Positions 49,001 through 59,480 of a stretch of DNA of 64,000 nt are shown here, piece after piece (positions within the stretch are counted from its first letter, which is position 1; each line of letters begins with the position of its first letter). Source of the DNA: Rikenellaceae bacterium. GTDB lineage: Bacteria; Bacteroidota; Bacteroidia; Bacteroidales; Rikenellaceae. The notes beneath the pieces are model-generated. The model was not told the origin of the DNA. It searched no databases and saw nothing but the letters and a program-made list of their open reading frames with translations. The translations under genes were made by a program, and so were the position numbers. The stretch lies in assembly GCA_017442365.1 (NCBI GenBank), contig JAFRZW010000004.1, positions 13,445-77,444 on the forward strand, given 5' to 3'.

Positions 49001-50650
49001 ATGACAAAACACTCAAACCAAAATAGTAATACGCGCTACTCCCGATTGTTGATCGCAGCGTTCGTGGCAACACTGATGTTGCCGGCGTGCGTGCTGATCT
49101 TCACCGACGGCTACTCGCTCTTGCGCGCTCTGTCGGCAGTATTGCTTCCGACGGGTTTCTACCTATTGTGGAGCGTGGCGCACAAGCGTAGCGGAATGAT
49201 GGTCTGCTGGGGCTTGCTGTGGTTTATTCTGGCAGCGTTGCAGCTGGTGTTGCTATATATGTTCGGCAGCTCAATCGTTGCGGTAGATATGTTCACTAAT
49301 CTCTTCACAACCAATACGAATGAGGCGGGCGAATTGTTGAGCAATATTTGGCCGATGGTGATGTTTGTGGTGGCGCTCTACGTGCCGGTATTAGGGTTGG
49401 CTATACATTCGTTGCGACAAGGGTTTGTGATTGCACCCGCAACACGTCGCACGGCGGCAGTGGTCGGAGCAGTGATGGTAGCCGTAGCCTGTGCAACGGG
49501 GCAATTTAATGTCTTCCCGTTCAATGTCGTTGAGAATATCTATCGTTCGGTAGCGGAGCAGGTAAAGGTGCGTCGCTACCCCACTTCATCAGCAAATTTC
49601 AGCTACGAGGCTCAATGTGTTGGCGGAACTGATCAGCGCGAAATATATGTGATGGTGATTGGTGAGGCTTCGCGTGCTGCAAATTGGCAGTTGTACGGCT
49701 ACGATCGACCGACCAACCCGCGATTAAGCACAGAGAGCAACGTGGTGGTCTATCGCAACGTCTTGACTCAGAGCAACGCAACGCATAAGAGCGTGCCGAT
49801 GATTCTCTCGTCGGTGTCGGCTGATAACCACGCGGAGATATACGAGCGTCGAGGTATCGTGCAACTCTACAAGGAGGCGGGATTCCGCACTCTCGTTGTG
49901 TCGTGTCAGGCACCCAATCGCGGTTTGATTCAGATGATGTGCGACGAGGCCGATCAGACGATTTATATGAATGGATTGAACGATGGCGCAATGCTCGAAC
50001 CACTGCGTGAGGCGATTACGGCCGATACATCGGATCTGTTTGTCGTTCTGCATAGTTACGGCTCTCACTTCAACTATCGCGAACGTTATCCTGACTCATT
50101 TTCGCGCTTTACGCCCGATGACGATGTTTCGATCTCGAAGAAGAACCGCGAGCGTATGGTCAATGCTTACGACAACACGATTGTATATACCGATTGGTTC
50201 CTTGCGGAGGTAATCTCGACGCTGCGCCAGACGGACGCCTGTTCGGCAATGTTCTACTGTGCCGATCACGGAGAGGATCTCTATGACGATCGTCGTGGTC
50301 GTTTCCTGCACTCATCGCCGACGATTACCTATTATCAGGCGCACGTAGCTTGCTTGGGCTGGTATTCGGACGAGTGGCGTGCTGCCTATCCCGCAAAGGC
50401 CGAGGCTGCCATAGCCAATACAATGGCACCCGCTACGACGCATAGTGTCTTCCATACGGTGGCTCAGTTGGCACCGATCGAATCGAAATATGTCAAATCG
50501 GAGGTTTCGCTTGTGAGCGACGGGTTTGATTGCTCGGTTGAGCGCCACTATCTTGATGACCATTGCAACGCGCGACGGTTTGGCGACGTGGGGTTACGTC
50601 AAGAAGATTGGGGGCAATTCGCAATAAAGGGTATTACAGACTTACAATAA
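49001..50650 (+). CDS. Phosphoethanolamine transferase (EptA/CptA-like)
   Basis: N-terminal TM helices; VIGEASR, SNATHKS (catalytic Thr), HSYGSH, YDNTI and ADHGE motifs. Confidence 0.88.
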   Translation: MTKHSNQNSNTRYSRLLIAAFVATLMLPACVLIFTDGYSLLRALSAVLLPTGFYLLWSVAHKRSGMMVCWGLLWFILAALQLVLLYMFGSSIVAVDMFTNLFTTNTNEAGELLSNIWPMVMFVVALYVPVLGLAIHSLRQGFVIAPATRRTAAVVGAVMVAVACATGQFNVFPFNVVENIYRSVAEQVKVRRYPTSSANFSYEAQCVGGTDQREIYVMVIGEASRAANWQLYGYDRPTNPRLSTESNVVVYRNVLTQSNATHKSVPMILSSVSADNHAEIYERRGIVQLYKEAGFRTLVVSCQAPNRGLIQMMCDEADQTIYMNGLNDGAMLEPLREAITADTSDLFVVLHSYGSHFNYRERYPDSFSRFTPDDDVSISKKNRERMVNAYDNTIVYTDWFLAEVISTLRQTDACSAMFYCADHGEDLYDDRRGRFLHSSPTITYYQAHVACLGWYSDEWRAAYPAKAEAAIANTMAPATTHSVFHTVAQLAPIESKYVKSEVSLVSDGFDCSVERHYLDDHCNARRFGDVGLRQEDWGQFAIKGITDLQ

Positions 50651-50689
50651 AAAAATGGCTCGACTGCATTTCTGCGTCGAGCCATTTTT
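50651..50689. terminator. Bidirectional terminator between the pEtN transferase and the histone-like gene
   Basis: AAAAATGGCTCGAC / GTCGAGCCATTTTT inverted repeat. Confidence 0.85.
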
Positions 50690-50711
50690 GCATTAAACTG
50701 CGCGGATAAGA

Positions 50712-50888
50712 TTAGTTCTTAGCAGCCTCAACCGACTCCTTACGGAACTCCTTCATCAACTTCGACAGTTCGAGAGCAGCCTTACGTGCGCGAGTGCCGG
50801 CAGCTTTGTTGTTCTTCTCTACCTGCAATGCAGCGTTCTCCTGAAACAGGGCAATCTGCTCATTAATTTTAGCAACTAATTCTTTCAT
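50712..50888 (-). CDS. Histone H1-like (Hc1-type) small basic protein, 58 aa, absent from the ORF track
   Basis: Hand translation: MKELVAKINEQIALFQENAALQVEKNNKAAGTRARKAALELSKLMKEFRKESVEAAKN. Has its own -7 box (50920-50927) and terminator. Confidence 0.88.
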   Translation of the reverse strand: MKELVAKINEQIALFQENAALQVEKNNKAAGTRARKAALELSKLMKEFRKESVEAAKN

Positions 50889-51067
50889 AATTTATTTAAT
50901 TAAAAGGGTTTTCTTGTTGCAAAATTAATTAAACTATTCAATAACACAACTTTTTCGGTAAAAAAAATATACAAACGATCATTTTTTTTAATGTATGGGC
51001 CTTTGAGAATCATCTGTGAGTGGTTGCGCGGTATATTTTTTGTCCAACTCAAAGAAAACTCTTTGAT

Positions 51068-52186
51068 ATGAGAAAGTTATTCTTTTCACTATTCGTTTTG
51101 GGTGCTTTGGTTAATGTCGGTTGTCATTCGAAAAAGAGTGCAGCAACTGCGCCTCATCGAACCTTGAAAGTTGTGCGTGTTCAACAACAGATGATTCCAA
51201 CACCAATGAACTTCACCTCGCAGCTATCGAGTAATTATAGTGCAGTGATTCAGCCGCGCATTAGTGGCTACCTCACCTCGAAGAACTACGAGAAAGGTAT
51301 GCCTGTCAAGCGCGGGCAGTTGCTCTACACGATCGATCCTTCGCAGATCAATACTCAACTGCTCGAAGCCGAGGCCTCGCTCAATGCAGCACGCGCCGAG
51401 GCTATCGAAGCGCGTAATAATTACGAGCGAGCTGTTCCATTGGCAAAAATCGAGGCTATCAGCCGTAGCCAGCTTGATCAATACACAGCCGCTTACAAAT
51501 CGGCCGAGGCGTCGGTGCGTTCAGCCGAGCAGCAGTTGCGAAATGCACAGATTGAATCGGGCTACACACGCATCTATTCACCGATCGATGGCGTGATCGG
51601 ACAAACGACAGCCTCGGTGGGCGACTATGTAGGTATGGGAACGGAGTTCTCTACGCTTGCCACGATCGAGAATCTCGATACCGTTACGGTGCGATTGGCT
51701 ATTCCCGTTTCGGAGTATCTTACGCGTCGCGAGGGTGATGATGCGCCAGCGTATGATAATGGTCGCTTGTTGTCGAATATTCGACTCTATATGTCCGATG
51801 GAGCGCTCTATCCATACGAAGGGAGCTATGCCTATACCGAGCAAAATGTCGGCTCGCAAACAGGCACAATCGTCGTCGTGGTCAATTTCCCCAATCCAAT
51901 GCAGGTGCTCAAAGCGGGTCAATATGCCCGTGTGAGCGCTGATGTCGGTGAACCGCAAGCCTCGGTACTTGTGCCTCAGCGGTGTGTCGTGCAGAGTCTT
52001 GATCGAGCCAATGTGTGGGTTGTAAAGTCCGACAGCTCGCTTGTGTATCGTCAGGTTACACTCGGCCCGACCGTTGATTCTCTTTGGGTCGTTCGTTCGG
52101 GGCTGAGCGATGGCGAGCAGGTGTTGGTCGAGGGGGTGCAACGTGCCCGCGCTGGCCAGCGAATTATTCCCGTCGAAATCAAATAG
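51068..52186 (+). CDS. RND efflux periplasmic adaptor (lipoprotein)
   Basis: Lipobox NVGC; IQPRISGYL, VKRGQLLYTID, YTRIYSPIDG and LKAGQYARV motifs. Confidence 0.93.
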   Translation: MRKLFFSLFVLGALVNVGCHSKKSAATAPHRTLKVVRVQQQMIPTPMNFTSQLSSNYSAVIQPRISGYLTSKNYEKGMPVKRGQLLYTIDPSQINTQLLEAEASLNAARAEAIEARNNYERAVPLAKIEAISRSQLDQYTAAYKSAEASVRSAEQQLRNAQIESGYTRIYSPIDGVIGQTTASVGDYVGMGTEFSTLATIENLDTVTVRLAIPVSEYLTRREGDDAPAYDNGRLLSNIRLYMSDGALYPYEGSYAYTEQNVGSQTGTIVVVVNFPNPMQVLKAGQYARVSADVGEPQASVLVPQRCVVQSLDRANVWVVKSDSSLVYRQVTLGPTVDSLWVVRSGLSDGEQVLVEGVQRARAGQRIIPVEIK

Positions 52187-52196
52187 TTGGTGCATT

Positions 52197-55100
52197 ATGG
52201 AGAAGTTCTTTGTTTCACGTCCGATCTTTGCCATTGTGTTGTCGATCATTATTGTGATGTTGGGAGCGATCTCGATATTCAATCTTACGATCGAGGAGTA
52301 TCCCGATATCACCCCGCCGGTTGTCGAGGTGGCGGCTACATACAGTGGTGCCGATGCTCAAACGGTCGATAATGCCGTCGCTACGCCCATAGCCGAGAAT
52401 ATTATGGGTGTTAGCGATATGCTCTATATCCAATCGACAAGTTCGAATAGTGGCACGATGAATATTCAGGTTACGTTCGATATAGGCTCCGATCCCGATA
52501 TGGACGCGATCTTTACCCAAAACAACGTATCTTCGGCTACGGCGTTGTTGCCTGCTGCCGTAACACGACAAGGAGTTACGACACAAAAGACACAGACGGG
52601 CTTTCTGTTGGTCTATGCGCTCCATTCCGATGGGCGTTACGATGATCGCTATCTGTCGAATTATGCCTATATAAACCTGCAAAACGAGCTGCTCAAAATT
52701 GATGGCGTGGGCAAGGTCGAGATTATGGGTGCAGGCGAGTATGCTATGCGAGTATGGATTCGACCCGATCGAATGGATTACTACAATCTGTCGCTCGGCG
52801 AGATCACCTCGGCTATCGAGGCTCAGGCCGATATCTACCCGACGGGCCAATTTGGTGGCGAGCCGTCGGCTACAAAGACCGAATTTACCTATACCGTTAC
52901 TCTGCCACCGCAAATATCTTCGCCCGAAGAGTATGCCAATATCGTCCTGCGCACGCTCGAAGATGGGTCGCAACTGCTGTTGAGCGACATTGCCGATGTT
53001 ACTTTCGGCAGTGAGAGCTATGGTACCTCATCGACCTTTGGCAATGATCCATCGGCTATGATAGTGATCTATCAGACACCCCAAAGCAATGCCGTCGAGG
53101 TCGGTGCACAAGTCAAAGAGGCTATCGCCAAACTCTCGGAACGTTTTCCCGACGGTGTGGAGATCGACACGATTGTCGATACCACGACCAGCATTAAGGC
53201 GGGCATTCGAGAGATTCTCTATACGTTGGCATTGGCTTTGGTGCTGGTGATTGCCATCATCTACCTCTTTATTCAAGATTGGCGCGCTATGTTGATACCA
53301 CTTATAGCGGTGCCCGTTTCTCTGATAGGCACGTTTATATTCTTCCCGTTGCTGGGATTTTCGATCAATATCATCTCGCTGTTGGGTGTGATTCTGGCAA
53401 TCGGACTTGTGGTCGATGATGGTATTGTGGTGGTCGAGGCCGTGCAGGTCAATATCGAGCGCGGTTTGTCGCCACGTCAAGCGACGCTCGAAGCTATGCG
53501 TAGTGTAGCCTCGCCGATCATCGCTACGACCGTTGTGCTGTTGGCGGTTTTTATTCCGGTGTCGCTGACGGGTGGAATTACGGGACGACTCTTTCAGCAG
53601 TTCTCGATCACGATTGCCATTTCGGTTGCCATTTCGGCATTCAACGCGCTGACACTTTCGCCTGCGCTGTCGGCTATGCTTCTGCGCCCGAAACAGCGAC
53701 GCGAAACGGGTTTCTTCGGTGCGTTCAATCGTTGGTTTGATCGTATGATGGAGCGCTACTCGGCGACAACGCGACGAGCAACGGCCCACGTGATGCGAAC
53801 TGCCATCTTTGTCGCGCTCGTTCTTGGTGTGATCGCGGCTCTGTGGCGCGTCGTACCGTCGGGTTTCTTGCCCGAGGAGGACCAAGGTTATATAATGGTG
53901 ATGGTCGATCTTCCTGAGGCCTCGTCGCTCCGCCGTACTGAACAGGTGATGGCCGAAGTCGATCGTCTGGTATCGAAACACGACGCGGTGCTCTACACCG
54001 CAGGGGCATCGGGCTTCGATATGATAACGGGTATCGAATCATCTTCGAACGGTATTATATTCGTCGCTCTGAAAGATTTTGATGATCGCCGAACAACTGC
54101 TGCCGAACTTGCCGCAATGCTCAACAAGGAGCTTTATATGGCTATCAATTCGGCAGAGGCCTATGCGGTTACGCCACCTGCAATTCCGGGTATGGGCGTA
54201 ACGTCGGGCATCGAAATGCAAGTGCAAGATCTCGAAGGTCGCGGGCTTGGCTATCTTGCCGAGCAGTCGCGTGAATTTATGGCGGCTCTCGAAAGGTTGC
54301 CCGAAATAGCCTCGGTAACTTCGCAATTCAATGACGGTGTGCCGCAACGTCGCTTAGATGTCAATCGCGATTATGCGCTGAGCGAGGGTGTCAATTTGGC
54401 GGCGCTGTACGACCAGCTATCGACCTTTTTGGGTGGCTCGTACATCAACAATTTCAATCGTTTCGGACGTCTCTATCGCAGTTTTGTGCAGGCGGCTCCC
54501 GAATTTCGAGCCGACGCCTCGTCGTTGGATAGCTACTTCGTGCAGAATGGTGCTGGCGAGAGTGTGCCCGTATCGGCATTTGTGCGTGTGGTCGATACGG
54601 TCGGTGTGGAATACGTGTCGCAGTTCAACCTCTATCGCTCGATTGCACTCACGGCAAATCCCGCTGTCGGGAAGTCATCGGCACAGGTGATGGACGCGAT
54701 CGAGAAGCAGGCGAGCGAGAGTCTGCCCGACGATATCGGCATTGCGTGGAGTGGTATCTCGTTTCAACAAAAGTCGGCGTCGAAAGGCGGCGCTGCGGTC
54801 TATGCGTTGGCTTTGGCCTTTGTCTTTCTGGTGTTGGCAGCGTTGTATAACAGTTGGAGCCTGCCGATAGCGATCATTCTTAGTGTGCCGTTGGCCGTAA
54901 TGGGGGCCTTGTCGTTTATCGGTTTTGCTCACCTGTTCGATGCCAAATATATCAACGATATTTTTATACACATCGCAATAGTAATGCTTATCGGATTGGC
55001 TGCCAAGAATGCTATTTTGGTCGTGGAGTATGCCGATCGACTCTTCTTCGAACAACGCCAATCGTTGCTCGATGCAGCGATCGGAGCAGCTCGACTGCGA

Positions 55101-55331
55101 GTGCGACCGATATTGATGACCGCTTTTGCATTTATTTTGGGTGTTGCACCACTGATTTTTGCACACGGAGCCTACTCCAATGCGCGCAACACGATGGGTG
55201 TGGCGCTGGTCGGAGGTATGTTGGTGGCGACATTGGCAGGAATTTTCCTCTACCCTGCTCTCTACTACTTTGTCGGCCGCCTATTCAATCTCGAACGCAA
55301 GCGCGAAGAACATAAAGACGAACCATTATGA
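52197..55331 (+). CDS. RND efflux permease (AcrB/HAE1)
   Basis: FFVSRPIFA, GLVVDDGIVVVE, GLAAKNAIL and RVRPILMT; the proton-relay residues are intact. Confidence 0.95.
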   Translation: MEKFFVSRPIFAIVLSIIIVMLGAISIFNLTIEEYPDITPPVVEVAATYSGADAQTVDNAVATPIAENIMGVSDMLYIQSTSSNSGTMNIQVTFDIGSDPDMDAIFTQNNVSSATALLPAAVTRQGVTTQKTQTGFLLVYALHSDGRYDDRYLSNYAYINLQNELLKIDGVGKVEIMGAGEYAMRVWIRPDRMDYYNLSLGEITSAIEAQADIYPTGQFGGEPSATKTEFTYTVTLPPQISSPEEYANIVLRTLEDGSQLLLSDIADVTFGSESYGTSSTFGNDPSAMIVIYQTPQSNAVEVGAQVKEAIAKLSERFPDGVEIDTIVDTTTSIKAGIREILYTLALALVLVIAIIYLFIQDWRAMLIPLIAVPVSLIGTFIFFPLLGFSINIISLLGVILAIGLVVDDGIVVVEAVQVNIERGLSPRQATLEAMRSVASPIIATTVVLLAVFIPVSLTGGITGRLFQQFSITIAISVAISAFNALTLSPALSAMLLRPKQRRETGFFGAFNRWFDRMMERYSATTRRATAHVMRTAIFVALVLGVIAALWRVVPSGFLPEEDQGYIMVMVDLPEASSLRRTEQVMAEVDRLVSKHDAVLYTAGASGFDMITGIESSSNGIIFVALKDFDDRRTTAAELAAMLNKELYMAINSAEAYAVTPPAIPGMGVTSGIEMQVQDLEGRGLGYLAEQSREFMAALERLPEIASVTSQFNDGVPQRRLDVNRDYALSEGVNLAALYDQLSTFLGGSYINNFNRFGRLYRSFVQAAPEFRADASSLDSYFVQNGAGESVPVSAFVRVVDTVGVEYVSQFNLYRSIALTANPAVGKSSAQVMDAIEKQASESLPDDIGIAWSGISFQQKSASKGGAAVYALALAFVFLVLAALYNSWSLPIAIILSVPLAVMGALSFIGFAHLFDAKYINDIFIHIAIVMLIGLAAKNAILVVEYADRLFFEQRQSLLDAAIGAARLRVRPILMTAFAFILGVAPLIFAHGAYSNARNTMGVALVGGMLVATLAGIFLYPALYYFVGRLFNLERKREEHKDEPL

Positions 55332-56689
55332 AACGATTTACAATAATTCTCGGTGTGGCGTTCGCGCTCAGTGCGTGCAATGCCCGTATTACTCCACCGC
55401 AAATCTCAATACCGTCCGAATATAGTTATGCCGAGCAAGCGATTACGGATTCGTTAGGGATAGATTTTGCGTGGTGGGAATATTTTGGTGATTCGACACT
55501 CAACGATTTGATAATGCGTTCGATTGCCAACAATCGCAATCTGCTGGTGGCGGCGTCGCGTATCGAGCAGGCGCGAATCGAGTTGGGCAACGTGCGGTCG
55601 AACTATCTGCCATCGTTTGCCTTTGGTCTATCGGCCGAAGGCAGCTACACCAAAGCGACCCGTATCGAACAGCAATACCAGATCGCCCCAACGATGAGTT
55701 GGGAGGTGCCGCTGTTTGGGGCGTTGCGACACTCGCGCAGAGCGGCATACGCGGAATTATGCGCTACGAAATGGGGTTTTCGTGGCGTTATGCTCTCGCT
55801 GACGACCGAGGTCGCGACATCATACTTCACGTTGTTGCAGTATCGTAGTTCGTTGGAGGTGGCGCGCAACACATATCGCCTGCGAGAGATCTCGGCAGCG
55901 TTGATGGACTCGATGTATCGTTATGGATTTGTTTCGGCAGTCGAACGCCAGCAGGCATACAGCCTTGCCGATGCGGCAGCAGTAGATATCCCGACCTATG
56001 AGCGGGCTGTGGTCGAAACGGCGGCAGCACTCAGTACGTTAATGGGCGAATATCCGCTCGACTCGATCATCGAATCGCCCTCCGCATTACACGCCGATCG
56101 TTTGCCGCCGGAGATTCCAGTCGGTCTGCCGTCGGCGTTGCTTGAACGTCGCCCCGATGTCTTGGAGGCATATTATGGCGTTGAGCAGGCGGCTGCAAAG
56201 GTCAATATAGCGCGCGTGGCGCGTTTCCCCTCGCTATCGCTGACTGCGTCTGGCGGTGTATTGTCATCGACCATCAAGGGGCTGACCTCGTCCAATCCAT
56301 TTTCGTGGAGTGCGGCAGCGAAATTGTTGCAACCTCTCTATGCCTTTGGACATCTGAAACGTGGTGAGCTCTCGGCACGCGAGGGCTATTATCAAGCCGT
56401 AAAACAGTACGAGCAATCAATCTTGCAGGCCTTTGCCGATGTGAGTGAGGCTCTGTCGCAAATCTCGACATACAGACGAGAGGTCGAACGTTATGGCGCG
56501 ATGTTGGAGTCGGACCGTCGCATTTATGAGATGTCGAAGGCGTTGTACGCCAGCGGAATGAATAGCTACACCGATCTGATCGATGCCGAGCGAACATTAT
56601 ACGATTCGCAGATGAGTTATGCCGAGGTGCGTGCTCAACAATACATAGCCTACGTGGCTCTATTCAAAGCATTGGGTGGCGGTTGGTAG
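55328..56689 (+). CDS. TolC-family outer-membrane efflux lipoprotein
   Basis: Lipobox LSAC; WWEYFGDSTL, LLERRPDV and ALFKALGGGW motifs. Confidence 0.94.
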   Translation: MKRFTIILGVAFALSACNARITPPQISIPSEYSYAEQAITDSLGIDFAWWEYFGDSTLNDLIMRSIANNRNLLVAASRIEQARIELGNVRSNYLPSFAFGLSAEGSYTKATRIEQQYQIAPTMSWEVPLFGALRHSRRAAYAELCATKWGFRGVMLSLTTEVATSYFTLLQYRSSLEVARNTYRLREISAALMDSMYRYGFVSAVERQQAYSLADAAAVDIPTYERAVVETAAALSTLMGEYPLDSIIESPSALHADRLPPEIPVGLPSALLERRPDVLEAYYGVEQAAAKVNIARVARFPSLSLTASGGVLSSTIKGLTSSNPFSWSAAAKLLQPLYAFGHLKRGELSAREGYYQAVKQYEQSILQAFADVSEALSQISTYRREVERYGAMLESDRRIYEMSKALYASGMNSYTDLIDAERTLYDSQMSYAEVRAQQYIAYVALFKALGGGW

Positions 56690-56802
56690 TAAATACTCAT
56701 AAATAGGTAGTGGCAACGGGTGAAAATACTACAAAATAGTGATCGAAAAGCTCGCAAAAAAGTGTATCTTTGTAGCCGATAAAATAGGACTATACAGATA
56801 CT

Positions 56803-59196
56803 ATGCGACTTTCTGACTTGCAAACCGGACAAACGGCCATCGTTCTCAAAGTGTTGGGTTACGGTGGATTCCGTCGCAGGGTTATGGAGATGGGTTTCGT
56901 GCGTGGCAAACGTGTCGAGGTGATTCTCAATGCCCCGTTGCGTGATCCGATCAAATATAAGATTATGGACTATGAGGTCTCGTTGCGTCGTAGCGAGGCT
57001 CAGATGGTCGAGGTGATCACCGAGGCCGAGGCTCAGGATATGATCAATCAGTTGGCCGATCGCCACGTGATGACCGAAGAGGAGCAGATCGAGCAGGTGA
57101 TATCGACTCGTCGTCGAGTGATCAATATTGCATTAGTCGGTAATCCAAATAGTGGCAAGACTTCGTTGTTCAATGCTCTGTCGGGTGGCCACGAGCATGT
57201 CGGCAATTATAGCGGCGTTACGGTTGATGCCAAATCGGGCACGTTCCGTTACAAAGGCTATCGTTTCAACATCACCGACCTGCCAGGTACGTACGCACTG
57301 TCGGCCTATTCGCCCGAAGAGATCTACGTGCGTCGTCATTTGGTCGATAATACCCCCGATATTGTCATCAACGCTGTCGTGGCGTCGAATCTCGAACGTA
57401 ACCTCTACCTTACGACCGAGTTGATTGACATCAACCCCAATATGGTGGTTGCGCTCAATATGTATGACGAGTTAGAGCGTCGTGGCGATCAACTCGATTA
57501 TGAGCAGTTGGGTGCAATGCTTGGTGTGCCGATGGTACCCGTTGTGGCGCGTGATGGTCGCGGGTTGGATCAGTTGCTGCAAACGGTCATTGATGTCTAT
57601 GAGAATCGTGATAGCCGAGTGCGCCATATCCACATCAATCACGGCGCGGTGGTCGAGAGCGGTATCGAGGCGTTGAAGGCCGTTATGCGTCCCGTGCGCG
57701 ACCAACTGCCCAAGCACTTCCCGCCGCGTTATTGGGCGATTAAACTGCTCGAACGCGACAAAGAGGCAGAACAGACCTTGCAGTCGATCGAGGGTTACAG
57801 CGAGTGGATCGCAGTGCGCGACCGAGAGGTGGAGCGCATCGAGCGACAGCTGGGCGAAGATGTCGAGATGGCTGTAACCAGCGAGAAATATGGTTTCATT
57901 GCGGGTGCTCTGCGCGAAACATACCAGAAGGGTGAGCAGAATCCGATCGAGACCACCACCATAATCGACACGATCGTAACACACCGCGTATTCGGTTTCC
58001 CGATCTTCTTCCTGCTGATGTGGCTGATGTTTGCGGCTACGTTCTCGCTCGGCGCCTATCCTCAGGATTGGATCGAGGCTGGCGTGAATTGGCTGGCTGA
58101 GTGGGTCGGTGGATTGATGGAAGATGGCGCGTTGAAAGATCTGATCGTCAATGGCATCATTGGCGGTGTGGGTAGCGTGATCGTCTTTCTGCCCAATATT
58201 TTGATACTCTATCTGTTCATTTCGTTGATGGAGGATTCGGGATATATGGCTCGTGCAGCCTTCATTATGGATAAATTGATGCACCGAATCGGTCTGCACG
58301 GCAAGTCGTTTATTCCGCTCTTGATGAGCTTCGGTTGCAACGTGCCTGCAATTATGGCGTGTCGCACAATCGAGAGCCGTTCGAGCCGCATCATAACGAT
58401 ACTGATCTCGCCCTTTATGTCGTGTAGCGCGCGACTGCCAATCTACATTCTGCTGGTGGGGACATTCTTCCCGTCGTACGCGAGTCTGGTGTTGATCGGT
58501 CTTTACATATTGGGTGTAATAGTGGCAATCATCACTGCAAAACTGATGCGTCGCTATCTCTACCCTGTCGATGAGACCCCATTCGTTATGGAGTTGCCAC
58601 CCTACCGCGTGCCGACATTGCAGGCTACGCTGCGCCATATGTGGGAGAAAGCGGTGCAATATCTGCGTAAAATGGGAGGTGTGATTCTGGTGGGCTCGCT
58701 CATTATTTGGTTCCTCAGCTACTATCCTCGACCTGAGCATACAGGTACAACCGCTGCCGCAACAACCGAACAATCGGCTCTCGATTATTCCCATTCGTAT
58801 CTTGGACAGATCGGTCGTCTGTGCGAACCTGTGATAGAGCCTATCGGATTGAATTGGAAAGGTGGCGTGGCAATTCTGTCGGGAGCGGCAGCCAAGGAGA
58901 TTGTCGTGAGTACGCTCGGCGTGCTCTATGCCGAAGAGTCGTTGCCTGCAAATCAAGATGAGTTGTCGGAGGAGGCCTCGCTCGGTGCTAAGTTGGTGGC
59001 GTCGGGCGACTTTGATACGCGCACTGCGCTGGCATTTATGGTATTCATATTGCTCTATTTCCCGTGTGTCGCAACACTGATAGCCATAGCCAAAGAGACG
59101 GGACGCTGGTATTGGGCGGCCGTTACGGTGCTCTATAATACGGCCGTTGCGTGGGTAGCGGCATACATCACATACTTAATCGGAGGATTATTCTAA
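56803..59196 (+). CDS. feoB: FeoA-FeoB fusion ferrous iron transporter
   Basis: N-terminal FeoA (RRVMEMGF..G..VEV...APLRDP), GNPNSGKT, NYSGVTV, DLPGTY, FGCNVPA and MSCSARL; -7 box at 56765-56772. Confidence 0.95.
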   Translation: MRLSDLQTGQTAIVLKVLGYGGFRRRVMEMGFVRGKRVEVILNAPLRDPIKYKIMDYEVSLRRSEAQMVEVITEAEAQDMINQLADRHVMTEEEQIEQVISTRRRVINIALVGNPNSGKTSLFNALSGGHEHVGNYSGVTVDAKSGTFRYKGYRFNITDLPGTYALSAYSPEEIYVRRHLVDNTPDIVINAVVASNLERNLYLTTELIDINPNMVVALNMYDELERRGDQLDYEQLGAMLGVPMVPVVARDGRGLDQLLQTVIDVYENRDSRVRHIHINHGAVVESGIEALKAVMRPVRDQLPKHFPPRYWAIKLLERDKEAEQTLQSIEGYSEWIAVRDREVERIERQLGEDVEMAVTSEKYGFIAGALRETYQKGEQNPIETTTIIDTIVTHRVFGFPIFFLLMWLMFAATFSLGAYPQDWIEAGVNWLAEWVGGLMEDGALKDLIVNGIIGGVGSVIVFLPNILILYLFISLMEDSGYMARAAFIMDKLMHRIGLHGKSFIPLLMSFGCNVPAIMACRTIESRSSRIITILISPFMSCSARLPIYILLVGTFFPSYASLVLIGLYILGVIVAIITAKLMRRYLYPVDETPFVMELPPYRVPTLQATLRHMWEKAVQYLRKMGGVILVGSLIIWFLSYYPRPEHTGTTAAATTEQSALDYSHSYLGQIGRLCEPVIEPIGLNWKGGVAILSGAAAKEIVVSTLGVLYAEESLPANQDELSEEASLGAKLVASGDFDTRTALAFMVFILLYFPCVATLIAIAKETGRWYWAAVTVLYNTAVAWVAAYITYLIGGLF

Positions 59197-59376
59197 ATGA
59201 CGTGGCAGGATTGGACGGTCGCGGCCATCGGGATAGCGTTGGCGTTGTGGCTTATCTGGCGGTTGGTACGTCGGTTGCAAGGCAAATCGAAGAGCTCGTG
59301 TTATGGTTGCGCGTGTGCCGATAGCTGTCCTTCGGCACGCAAAGAGCAAGGTTGCGGCGATAAAAAACGCAAATAA
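59197..59376 (+). CDS. FeoB-associated Cys-rich small membrane protein, 59 aa, absent from the ORF track
   Basis: ATG directly after the feoB stop: MTWQDWTVAAIGIALALWLIWRLVRRLQGKSKSSCYGCACADSCPSARKEQGCGDKKRK. Confidence 0.85.
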   Translation: MTWQDWTVAAIGIALALWLIWRLVRRLQGKSKSSCYGCACADSCPSARKEQGCGDKKRK

Positions 59377-59480
59377 CGCCGAGAATGCACTTTCGGGGCG
59401 ATTTTTATTCTGATTTTATTTTTAAGAAAAATTAATAATTCATATCTTTGCGCCCTGTTAGGTTAGTTTAATATATATTT

